Virus record (IMG/VR): IMGVR_UViG_3300050821_004987
Location: 577-64,576 of that record
Direction: 5' to 3' (one strand)
DNA: 64,000 nucleotides
DNA from: a virus
Lineage: Duplodnaviria > Heunggongvirae > Uroviricota > Caudoviricetes
This document shows, one piece after another, positions 9,127 to 17,800 of the stretch; positions within the stretch are counted from its first letter, which is position 1, and each line of letters opens with the position of its first letter. Below the pieces are notes generated by a model, which made no database searches, had not been told where the DNA came from, and saw nothing but the letters and a program-made list of their open reading frames with translations. A program made the translations under genes and the position numbers.

Positions 9127-9560
9127 CAGAGAATCCACAAGATCGATTGAAGAGACTAATTCGTAAGGCAGTGGATGAGTGCTGCTTGAGAGATGCCGTC
9201 AACAGCTCCTGGCTGGCGAATCCGATAGAAGCCGAGCAGCACTTGATCGACGAGCTGTTGCCATTCGCACCTGAGTTTCCTCAGACAGATAAGCAAGAGA
9301 GCGTGTCCGAGTCGATGAAGAAGTTGCAAGAGCTGGGCAGACGGTTCCAGCATCTGGTAGCCTACGCCGAGAAAGCGAATACGGAAGTGACAGTGACAGA
9401 TGTCCAGCTGGACGTAGCCAGGTTGAAGGCTAAGCTGGAGATATTGGACTGGGTAATCGAGTTTGATCTTCCTGAGAAGGCAGCGATGACGGTAGAGGCC
9501 AAGGTAACAGAAACAAAAAGGCAGCTAAACGCCTTGGAGCAGGTGATGCAATGCACGTAG
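9123..9560 (+). CDS. Hypothetical head-module protein
   Basis: ATG overlaps HNH stop; helical; no family motif. Confidence 0.55.
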   Translation: MTENPQDRLKRLIRKAVDECCLRDAVNSSWLANPIEAEQHLIDELLPFAPEFPQTDKQESVSESMKKLQELGRRFQHLVAYAEKANTEVTVTDVQLDVARLKAKLEILDWVIEFDLPEKAAMTVEAKVTETKRQLNALEQVMQCT

Positions 9561-9976
9561 CCGACTGCATAGAGTTGTATCTAGCTCATCATGAGATGCC
9601 ACGGGCGAGATTGAACGCAGCCTGGACGACCCAGCTGGAGCAGTCGCAGGAAGGTTCGCTTAATGCTTACGGGACTTCCGAAGGTGCTGAAGATGGATGG
9701 GATACACGTGGGCGTGGAAGAAAGACAATGGAGACAGCTCAGTATCGTGGATACAGAGTAGCGGGCAGACAAGTCAAGTCGAATGATCCTAATGTAAAGA
9801 TGCGAGCTGGTAATAGACAGACACTGAAAGTGAACGATGATGGTTCTTGGTTTCATACACACCCAGATCACGGGAATGCTTCGGGGGATAACGCTGGGGA
9901 TTTAAGAACACATTTGGATGATATCGATGTTTTGGACAGGCAGCAAGAAGATAGACTAGACAGAGGCTCTAGATAA
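9551..9976 (+). CDS. Hypothetical virion-associated protein
   Basis: Contains AYGTSEGAEDGWDTRGRG; lies in head-neck module. Confidence 0.55.
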   Translation: MHVADCIELYLAHHEMPRARLNAAWTTQLEQSQEGSLNAYGTSEGAEDGWDTRGRGRKTMETAQYRGYRVAGRQVKSNDPNVKMRAGNRQTLKVNDDGSWFHTHPDHGNASGDNAGDLRTHLDDIDVLDRQQEDRLDRGSR

Positions 9977-9980
9977 GTAA

Positions 9981-10463
9981 ATGGGAACCGGTGGAGCATC
10001 GGCATGGGGCATACGAAGTCTAGCAGATAATTTTCTGCGTTACTTCCAGCCCGGTTTGCCCTGCTGCTTGCGATCACAGGTAGTCGATGCGAACGGAACA
10101 CCGTATGGACAGATCGGATTTATGCCAGCAGTGACGGGAGCACTATCGGGATTCAACGATGTATTGATAGATCCACCAGCAGATGTAACAGAAGTTTCTT
10201 TGCACAATATTGGCATTATGGGTGGTAAGTTGATGTTCGGGGCTAGACGTTTTCTGATTTCGAATCTGTTTGTGATAAATCAGATGGAGTTGCAGAATTT
10301 GACGGATCCTTATAAAGTGTGGAGAGGACCGTTGGTGATGGGAATTCTTTACAACCAGCGGCTATTTTCGATCGAGAGCATTACACACGAAGATGTTGGG
10401 AGTGAGACGACACTTTGGAATCTGGTTTGTAACGCAAATGAATTGCCAGCACCAAGTTCTTAG
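9981..10463 (+). CDS. Putative head-closure protein
   Basis: Size, position and beta-rich C-terminus (LFSIESITHEDV...LWNLVCN). Confidence 0.45.
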   Translation: MGTGGASAWGIRSLADNFLRYFQPGLPCCLRSQVVDANGTPYGQIGFMPAVTGALSGFNDVLIDPPADVTEVSLHNIGIMGGKLMFGARRFLISNLFVINQMELQNLTDPYKVWRGPLVMGILYNQRLFSIESITHEDVGSETTLWNLVCNANELPAPSS

Positions 10464-10477
10464 TAAGGAGAAAAACA

Positions 10478-10744
10478 ATGACAGACGAAATTAAGAAAGA
10501 TGACCAGGTAATGGTAAAGACAAAAGTACGATCCGGGAATCTAATCCGTTACGGTTCTGTGTTGAAGATCGATGGAGCAGGTGACGATGCCATGGCACGT
10601 GTTCACTTTCCAATTGATCACACACAAGCCGTAATACCAGTGAGTCAATTAGTAAAAACAAGCACGAGGTATGGTACGAGCGGCTACGTACGCGTTCAGT
10701 CGGATCCCGGTAGGCGGTCGTTTACGCAGCTGAGAAACAAATAA
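10478..10744 (+). CDS. Small hypothetical protein, SH3/KOW-like barrel suspected
   Basis: AAGGAG RBS; IKKDDQVMVK...GSVLKI...ARVHF...IPVSQL pattern. Confidence 0.55.
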   Translation: MTDEIKKDDQVMVKTKVRSGNLIRYGSVLKIDGAGDDAMARVHFPIDHTQAVIPVSQLVKTSTRYGTSGYVRVQSDPGRRSFTQLRNK

Positions 10745-10762
10745 AAGAAAAGGAGAAACTAA

Positions 10763-11083
10763 GTGGCAAACTCAACGCAGGTAATCACGGATTTGGGTTC
10801 AGTCATTACGAATGGCCCTTCCTCGGCGACATTGGCTAATGCCATCAATCCTTCCGGCCTTACGGCTACGGGTGGGGCTGGCAACTTGTCGGGTGGAACG
10901 GGAGTTTATGGCTCTGGAACGTATTACGGTGGGATCATGGACTACAACGGCTGCGTCAAGCTGTGCCAGTTGAAGGCACAAGAGATCGCAGTCCTCTTGG
11001 CAAGAGTATTGGTCGATACGGACGCTTTGACAGATCAGACGAATAGCGCTTTGATCGCCAAAGTGTTGAACGTATTCCAGTAG
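10763..11083 (+). CDS. Hypothetical structural protein
   Basis: AAGGAG RBS, GTG start, Gly/Thr-rich. Confidence 0.6.
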   Translation: MANSTQVITDLGSVITNGPSSATLANAINPSGLTATGGAGNLSGGTGVYGSGTYYGGIMDYNGCVKLCQLKAQEIAVLLARVLVDTDALTDQTNSALIAKVLNVFQ

Positions 11084-11089
11084 AAAGCG

Positions 11090-11608
11090 ATGTTCATCCT
11101 GGACATACCTTTGCCGGGGTTCGATGAGCCTACGACAAAGCAAGTACAGAAACTGCTAGTCGGCTACAAGGAAGCAGCCGAAGCGGGTCCGGTGAGGGGC
11201 GGCATTGTCGTAGAAGGCGATGCCGCCGCTTACGCTTTAGTCTGGGAATGGGGAAATGTTCGCCAAGTAAAGCAGGGACCAAAGACGGTCAAAGGAATCA
11301 ATCCGGACGGAAGCGAAGTCTGGATGTCGATTCAGGCACCGTCGGGTTACATAGCAATTCACGAAACCGAGTTTCTCCAGATCATCAATTATCAGCTTGG
11401 GCAGATCGATCTATCGGAAGCCGAGACTGGGAAAGATATCCGGGACGAGATGAAGAAAGCATCATTGGCTTCTGCCAGGATGATAGCAGAGATCATCCGG
11501 GACTTCGCACCAGTAGACAAAGGTGCTTTGAGAGAAGGTATTGAAGCAGCCGATCCAGACGATCCAGATTTGGCAGTAGAGGACGACGACATCGAGTTGG
11601 GAGACTAG
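11090..11608 (+). CDS. HK97 gp10-like neck/tail-completion protein
   Basis: IRDFAPVDKGALREGI matches the APVDTG.LR.SI motif of this family. Confidence 0.65.
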   Translation: MFILDIPLPGFDEPTTKQVQKLLVGYKEAAEAGPVRGGIVVEGDAAAYALVWEWGNVRQVKQGPKTVKGINPDGSEVWMSIQAPSGYIAIHETEFLQIINYQLGQIDLSEAETGKDIRDEMKKASLASARMIAEIIRDFAPVDKGALREGIEAADPDDPDLAVEDDDIELGD

Positions 11609-11609
11609 T

Positions 11610-12095
11610 ATGACGACGAATGCGACGAATGGCAAGATAGATCAGAAGGAAGTGAAAATTTTCATCAATCGAAAGTTCTACGATGTCGATTTCTCTGGGA
11701 AAGACTTGACGCATGCGGACTTCCGTGGCTCGACGTTGGTAAACTGCAGTTTCGACAACGCTGATCTCAGCTACGCAAATTTCGAAGGAGCGAATTGCTA
11801 TCGGAGTACCTATCGGCAGGCAAGACTCTATCACACATCTTTCAAAGATGCCGTCTTGGCAGAGACGAATTTGGATCCGAGAGACATGTTCGGGATGACG
11901 ATATCAGTCAGCTGCGATACATTCGACAAAATGCGACTTGGACCGATTTGGCTGGCAGCCTGGCTATTCTTGCCGACGTTGGCAGTGATTCCGGATGAAG
12001 TCAGGGCAGACTTGCACAAGATTTTGGAGAAAGTTCTCGGTAGCGAAGAGCGGGTGAAGCAGATGGAGAGGACGTTCGCGAACAGGCAGATTTAG
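11610..12095 (+). CDS. Pentapeptide repeat protein
   Basis: DFSGK DLTHA DFRGS TLVNC SFDNA DLSYA NFEGA NCYRS TYRQA RLYHT SFKDA VLAET. Confidence 0.9.
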   Translation: MTTNATNGKIDQKEVKIFINRKFYDVDFSGKDLTHADFRGSTLVNCSFDNADLSYANFEGANCYRSTYRQARLYHTSFKDAVLAETNLDPRDMFGMTISVSCDTFDKMRLGPIWLAAWLFLPTLAVIPDEVRADLHKILEKVLGSEERVKQMERTFANRQI

Positions 12096-12635
12096 ATGCT
12101 AGCGTGCATAGACAGTTACTTCGAGTATATAGCGGCCGGGATAAAGCAAATAAATCCCAGCAGGCAAGTGGTGGGAATTGCAGATTCCATGGATTGGCCG
12201 CCGAAGCAAGTTGTAATGAATGCCTTCTATCTTTTGATCCTTGGAGAGCGGGGCATCACAGGAAAAAGTTTCTGGTCTTCTGCAATTCCAGTAATAGTAC
12301 ATACGTTGCAGTGGACCTGGATCATTCAAGGAAGCGATTTAACAAAAGGAACAGTAGGACGGAGCCGGGGCGACCGGTACAGAACAAATATCACGATGCG
12401 GGAGGAGTTGCTAAAGGCTACTTTTCAAGCTTGGTTTACTGAGAAGCTTGATTGGTCGGTAGTTGGCAACACGCCTTCCGGTTTAGCTTTACAGTCGAAT
12501 CCAAAATCGCCAACGGAATTCTTTTGGTGGTCACCGTTGACGTTTTTGAACAGGCTAGATAAAGATAGTGGTGTCGTATACGGAGCTGCAACGGTGCAGG
12601 TAACGGATATGACACAAGAGCTAGTTGGTCATTAA
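12096..12635 (+). CDS. Putative tail terminator protein
   Basis: Size and position directly before the major tail protein. Confidence 0.5.
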   Translation: MLACIDSYFEYIAAGIKQINPSRQVVGIADSMDWPPKQVVMNAFYLLILGERGITGKSFWSSAIPVIVHTLQWTWIIQGSDLTKGTVGRSRGDRYRTNITMREELLKATFQAWFTEKLDWSVVGNTPSGLALQSNPKSPTEFFWWSPLTFLNRLDKDSGVVYGAATVQVTDMTQELVGH

Positions 12636-12742
12636 GAAGGGCAGAGAGGCCGGATGACGGCTAGGCCTTTGGTTAGCGCCTCTCCCCATAAAAGAGATTA
12701 GAAAGACGGCGAGGAGTGGAACTGAAGTAGGGAGAAGAATAA

Positions 12743-13816
12743 ATGGCGCTAAGCAAGGCATTAGTTCAGCCATTCAGGAAAAACGTACTCCTGATTGGAG
12801 CAGGTTGGAGATCGTTCTTCGCCCCGTATAACCCAGCATTGGGTTCTGCGGTAGCAAGCACGGTTCTCGGCCCAACGATTTTGGATTTACAGACGTTTGG
12901 TCCTTTCAATACGAACGCACCGCCGACGGGTTGGACAGACTTGGGATGGATCAAAGATTTCAAGTTGACTCCGGGTTCCAAGATCGGTCAAGTCCGGTCG
13001 GGTTACAGAGGAGCAGTCCGGGCCCAGTACAGAGGTGAGGTCGGAGAGTCATTCGACTTCACGTTTCGTGAGCCGGCCAGAATGCAATGGAAGGTGGCGA
13101 CGGGAACAGATCCTTTTAACTTGATCGTCGGTGGGTCAGCAACGACACTCGGTCCTCTATCAGCTTCTGGTGGTCCGAGAACTTCGATGGTTTCCTACAC
13201 GCCCGGACCGCCAGCATTGTTGACGGTGACGTCGTCGGCAGCTATCAATATCAGCGGTGGACAGAACTCGGAGTACATCGTAGTAGACGCCGACTATGTG
13301 CCGGGGCAATCGGGAATAGTCGGTTCAGCAGGTATTCCGATTCAGCCATTCGCTGTAACAGACGTAGACTACATCAGAAAGACTTCCGACTTCGTGGGTC
13401 GAGTGGTTTCGGTAGCCAACAACGTATTGACTTTGGATCAGCCGCTAGTCGGTGGTGGTTCAAGTTCGACGTTGATCGCTCCCGGATTTGCTCAGCCACC
13501 AGCTAACTCTAACGTCCAGAAGATTTCGGGTTGGGCGGCGAGAGAAGGTGGGACGTTCATTTCCGAGTGGTCGGCGCTGTTCATCATGGACACGATCGAC
13601 GCAGCACAGATCGCCGTGTATTACCCGCACGTATCTATCGCCCAGTTCAAGGATGCGGCTGCATGGGCGATCGAGAACGTGGGTACGACAGACGAGACTG
13701 GATACGAGTTGCAGGCTTCCTACAACGCACTGGCCTTTGACGACCCGATCGATGGTGAGACGGTCGTAGGGTACAAGGCGTTTTATCCGAGGCCTGGACA
13801 GTCAATCGGGATCTAA
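12743..13816 (+). CDS. Major tail (tube) protein
   Basis: PPTGWTDLGWIK motif; precedes chaperone and tape measure genes. Confidence 0.75.
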   Translation: MALSKALVQPFRKNVLLIGAGWRSFFAPYNPALGSAVASTVLGPTILDLQTFGPFNTNAPPTGWTDLGWIKDFKLTPGSKIGQVRSGYRGAVRAQYRGEVGESFDFTFREPARMQWKVATGTDPFNLIVGGSATTLGPLSASGGPRTSMVSYTPGPPALLTVTSSAAINISGGQNSEYIVVDADYVPGQSGIVGSAGIPIQPFAVTDVDYIRKTSDFVGRVVSVANNVLTLDQPLVGGGSSSTLIAPGFAQPPANSNVQKISGWAAREGGTFISEWSALFIMDTIDAAQIAVYYPHVSIAQFKDAAAWAIENVGTTDETGYELQASYNALAFDDPIDGETVVGYKAFYPRPGQSIGI

Positions 13817-13845
13817 TGATTCTAACTTTCAAACAAGAACTGTTG

Positions 13846-13872
13846 CGGGGGGCTGGAAACGGTCCCCCGTTT
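13846..13872 (+). terminator. GC-rich hairpin after major tail gene, possible weak terminator
   Basis: CGGGGGGCT-GGAAAC-GGTCCCCCG then TTT. Confidence 0.5.
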
Positions 13873-13891
13873 ACAAAAAAGGAGAAGACTG

Positions 13892-14545
13892 ATGGATGAG
13901 AACGAAAAGACGGTGTTGACAGAAGATCTAGAACTAGACATTGAGAACCGCCTAAGGACGAAGCTTCAAGAAGAGTACGATACCCGCCTAGCAGCACAAG
14001 TTCAGAAAATTTCAGCAGATATGCAGGTTGAGAACAAGAAAGCGGTGGAAGCTGCGATCGAACGCTTCCGGAAAGAGTTAGCTCCGCCTGCAGAAGAAGA
14101 CATCCAGAAACTTCTTGAACAAGAGTATGTCGAGTTCAAGATCGACATACGAGACGGAAAAGGGCGAGAAGCAAAGGTAAAGAACTTCATCATTGCCGAA
14201 CTCCCGATCGCAGTAGAGAAGAAAATTTTCAAAAAGATAAAAGATATTCTTGTTCCATTCGCCTCAGAGATAGCTTCGTTGTCGATGAATATGCTGGAGG
14301 GAGACGCAGCGAAGAAGGTTGTCCAGCTGATGAATACGTTCGAGCCGGTGCTAGACGCTATGGTCAGCGTTACAGCTGTGATTTTGAATCCTTACAACGA
14401 AGACGAAGAAGTGACAGATGATTGGGTACGGAATCATTTGAACGCCACGAGAATTGTAAAGGTCGTTACAGCTCAGATGGAGGCACAGAGGATGCGGGAT
14501 TTTTTCTCGCTTCTCTTCCACAACACGAGACTACTGAGTCGCTAA
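13892..14545 (+). CDS. Tail assembly chaperone (lambda gpG-like)
   Basis: Between major tail and tape measure genes; slippery site near 3' end. Confidence 0.75.
   Translation: MDENEKTVLTEDLELDIENRLRTKLQEEYDTRLAAQVQKISADMQVENKKAVEAAIERFRKELAPPAEEDIQKLLEQEYVEFKIDIRDGKGREAKVKNFIIAELPIAVEKKIFKKIKDILVPFASEIASLSMNMLEGDAAKKVVQLMNTFEPVLDAMVSVTAVILNPYNEDEEVTDDWVRNHLNATRIVKVVTAQMEAQRMRDFFSLLFHNTRLLSR
14500..14506 (+). other. Programmed -1 frameshift heptamer T TTT TTC
   Basis: Frame 0 reads GAT TTT TTC; the -1 frame is open to 14886 (ORF 14422..14886), giving a gpGT-like fusion. Confidence 0.8.
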
Positions 14546-14886
14546 AATCACAGTTCCCAGCATTGTCCAGCTTAGCGGCTCAGATAGAGATGTTCGGGTT
14601 ATCGAAGAGAGAGATGGAAGCGAAGTTCCGGCGTTCCGAGTTGATCATCATGGCTTGGCGGTCGCAAGAGGTCTCAGCTTCTTTGAAGATGCAGACAGAT
14701 GGGACAACACAACCGCCAGCCGGTAGGAAGAAGAAGACTTATTCAGATGCACAGGTGCCACAAGGGCTACCAGACAAGTTTTATAACAAGGATGGGGAGA
14801 TTGACTTGAGACAAGTGACAGGGCCCGAGGCCTATCAATTTATGATGTCGCAAGGGATCAAGCTTCCGATATTCGGCAGGGGGTAG
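14500..14886 (+). CDS. Tail assembly chaperone extension (gpT-like), reached by -1 frameshift
   Basis: Open -1 frame from the slippery site to 3 nt before the tape measure ATG. Confidence 0.7.
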   Translation, partial: FFLASLPQHETTESLKSQFPALSSLAAQIEMFGLSKREMEAKFRRSELIIMAWRSQEVSASLKMQTDGTTQPPAGRKKKTYSDAQVPQGLPDKFYNKDGEIDLRQVTGPEAYQFMMSQGIKLPIFGRG

Positions 14887-14889
14887 TCG

Positions 14890-17800
14890 ATGCCCGGTCC
14901 GACGGTAAAAGAAATATTATTGAAATGGGGAATTGATAACAGCAATTGGAAGAAAGCTATCGGTGAGCTTGCCCAGTTACTCGAGAAAACGAATAAGGAC
15001 TCAGCCAAGGCACAATCTCAGGCAGCTTCCAGACTAGAAGCCCAGAAAGCAAAACTCAAGGAGGTTGTGGCTGCCAGGAAGTCTGAGACGGAAGAAATAA
15101 ACAAACAGATCGGTCAGTTGAAAGTACAAGCTGCGACTGCCGGTGCTGTAAAAGCAGAAGCTGTATCAAAGTTAGCAGCAGAAAAGGCAGCCTCAGCAGA
15201 AGCTGGGAAACAAGCAGCTCTACAGAAGACCCTACAGACGATCCAGAAAACTCTCCAGCAGGAAGTCTACACGAAGTTGATGAATGAAAAGCTGGTGACT
15301 GCCGAGATCAATCGGCAGAATGCAGCACTACGTCTACAGACTGCCCAGCAACGGGCAGCATCGGGAGCGGGTGGTCGGGGTGGTGCTGGAGGGGGTGGGG
15401 GTGGTGCTGGAGGGGGATTTCTAGGAGGGTTGTTCGGAGGACTGGGAAGTAAGTTTGGTGGTACACTTACGACGGGTGTAGCGGCTGGTGAACTTCTTGC
15501 ACATACGATCGAAGGCTTGATCCAGAAGATAACGACTTTCATTAAGGACAGTGGACCACTTGAGCAGGTTCGTCAACAGTTTGAGAAACTTGCACAGATT
15601 AAGGGTTTGGACTCTGTCAAGTTTATAGACGACCTTAGAAAAGCTACACACAATCTTGTAAACGATATTGACTTGTATCGTATCGCCAACAAATTCATGC
15701 AGTCAGGCATCAAAGCTTCCGAACCAGACATCATCAAGTTGACACAAGCAACAGTTGGGTTGGCAAGAGCCCAAGGTCGTGATGCTACGCAAGCATTGAA
15801 TGCCTTGAGTATGGGGTTGGCAACTGGAAGATTCCAGAGATTGGCCTATATAACTGGGTTGACGAGAGAAGAACTGACAGTGCGTGGGTTATCAGCCACG
15901 ATGTCCGCAGCACAGAGAAATCAGGCTCAGTTCGATCGAGCACTTTCACAGATAACAAAAAGATATCAAGAGTTCGGTGAGCCAGCACTAACGGTTACAG
16001 ATTTACTGAGGCAGATGGATGTAATCAGTAACAGACTCTTTGAAGCTTTTGGAAGAGGTATTGTTCAGTCTCGTGGTATGGCTGTAGCATTTCAGTTCTT
16101 GCAAGAGATAATGACTGAGCTTAATTCTGGAGAAGGAGGAGTAGCTACCTTAGGACAGAAGTTTGGGGACGCGTTGATTGTTTTTGTGGAAGTAGCAAAA
16201 GCCTTGGGTAGTATAGCTACGACCTCAGCAGATTTATGGAAGAAATTAGTAGAGACATTCGCACCAAAAACAATTTCAGATGACTTTATTTCCAGATTGA
16301 CTACGTTAACTGGTTTATTAAAAACAGCTGCCGGTGCAGCTGTTTTAGTTAAAGGCACTTTTAGGGAGATGGCCCTACGGGCAGAGTACACTGGAAAGGA
16401 AGCTAAAGTAGTTGGACAGCAAGATTATAAAAGGTTAGGATCTCTAGTTGGTATTCCCGGACCTGCTGGTGGATATCATGGTGTAGCGGATCTTCATACA
16501 GAATTTGACGCGAAGTTGGAAAAGATAAATGAAGAACAGGATAAGGAATTAGCAGCTTTAGAAGCTTTATTCAAAGCGTCACAGAAACCAACTGAGTCGG
16601 GGGCTACAGGTATTGGGAAACCGGGTGCCCAGACACCAGAGGAGGTTATAGCTCTAGAACGTCAGCAACGCCAGCTGGCTTTGAAAGGAAAAGAGGCGGA
16701 TGCAAAGATAGAGCTTGCCCTTGAGAAGGGAAAGCTTGAGCAGTTGAAGCAGGCGAATGAGGAGTTTTACGACGCTGGCTTAGAGTCTCTCCAAGATTAC
16801 ATCCAGAAGAAAAAAGATTTACAGCAAAGAGAGTTGCAAGATACTCTGAAAGAGATAGCCGACGAGGCAAAAGCAAAGCAACAAGCCCTGACGTTGCAGA
16901 GTCAAGAAGAGTTCATGGATCCGAAGTCTTTGGCGATGAGTCGAGCCAACATTGCCAAAGAAGCTCAGCAAAAAGAAATAGATGCCAGAAATGCTACCCA
17001 GAGAGCTTTATCGGCTCTGGATATGAAAGGCATCACAGATCAGCTTGCTGCCAGAAAGAAACTGGCAGATACGATCGATGCTTTGGAGAAGGCACAGATA
17101 GAACGCTCCAGGCAGAATACAGAAGAGGAGTTCAAGCAGGGAGAGATTGGAGCCCAAGAGTATCTGGATAAGAGAATCCAGTATATAGAAGAGGATTACG
17201 AAGCGACAAAGACAGCCGAGCAAAAGAAGCTAGAGGAGAATAAGAATTCCGAGACGGCGAAAGAAGAGTTCGCCCAGAAGATGGCGAAGGCTGCCGAGGA
17301 CAGAGAGAAAGCCTTAACGACGCTGGCTTTGAATGAAATAGACATTCGTACGAAGGCAACGGAGCAATCCTACGATCGCGCACAAAAGCTAATCGAAGGT
17401 CAGCTACAGTACCAGCAGAGTTTGAATAAGACAACAGACTTCGGAGGGGGAAGACAAGAAGAGCAAGCACTTATCCAGGAACAGATAGAGTTGCTCAGGA
17501 GTAGGTTGGAAGAAGAAGCAAAATCCTTGAAGTTGACGCAGGAAGGTTCAGAAGCCTGGTTCCAGCAGCTGGAAAAAATACAGTCTACAAAAGAGGCCTT
17601 GGTCAAGTACAACGAAGAGTTGGCCAAGTCCCAGGAATGGGCCAGTGGGGTGGCTTCTGCTTTGAAAGAGATGTCGCAGGCTGCTGCGACGTTCCCGAAA
17701 ATAGGAGCTCAGAGGGTTTCGAAAGGATTAGACACACTAGCTAAAGGTCTAGAGGAGCAGGAGCAGGCAAGACAGAGAATAGCCCAAAGAAAAGCAGCAC

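Noticed and set aside
12650-12680. Hammerhead ribozyme (CGGATGA resembles CUGAUGA)
   Set aside because: Core mismatch and no GAAA element in the required position.
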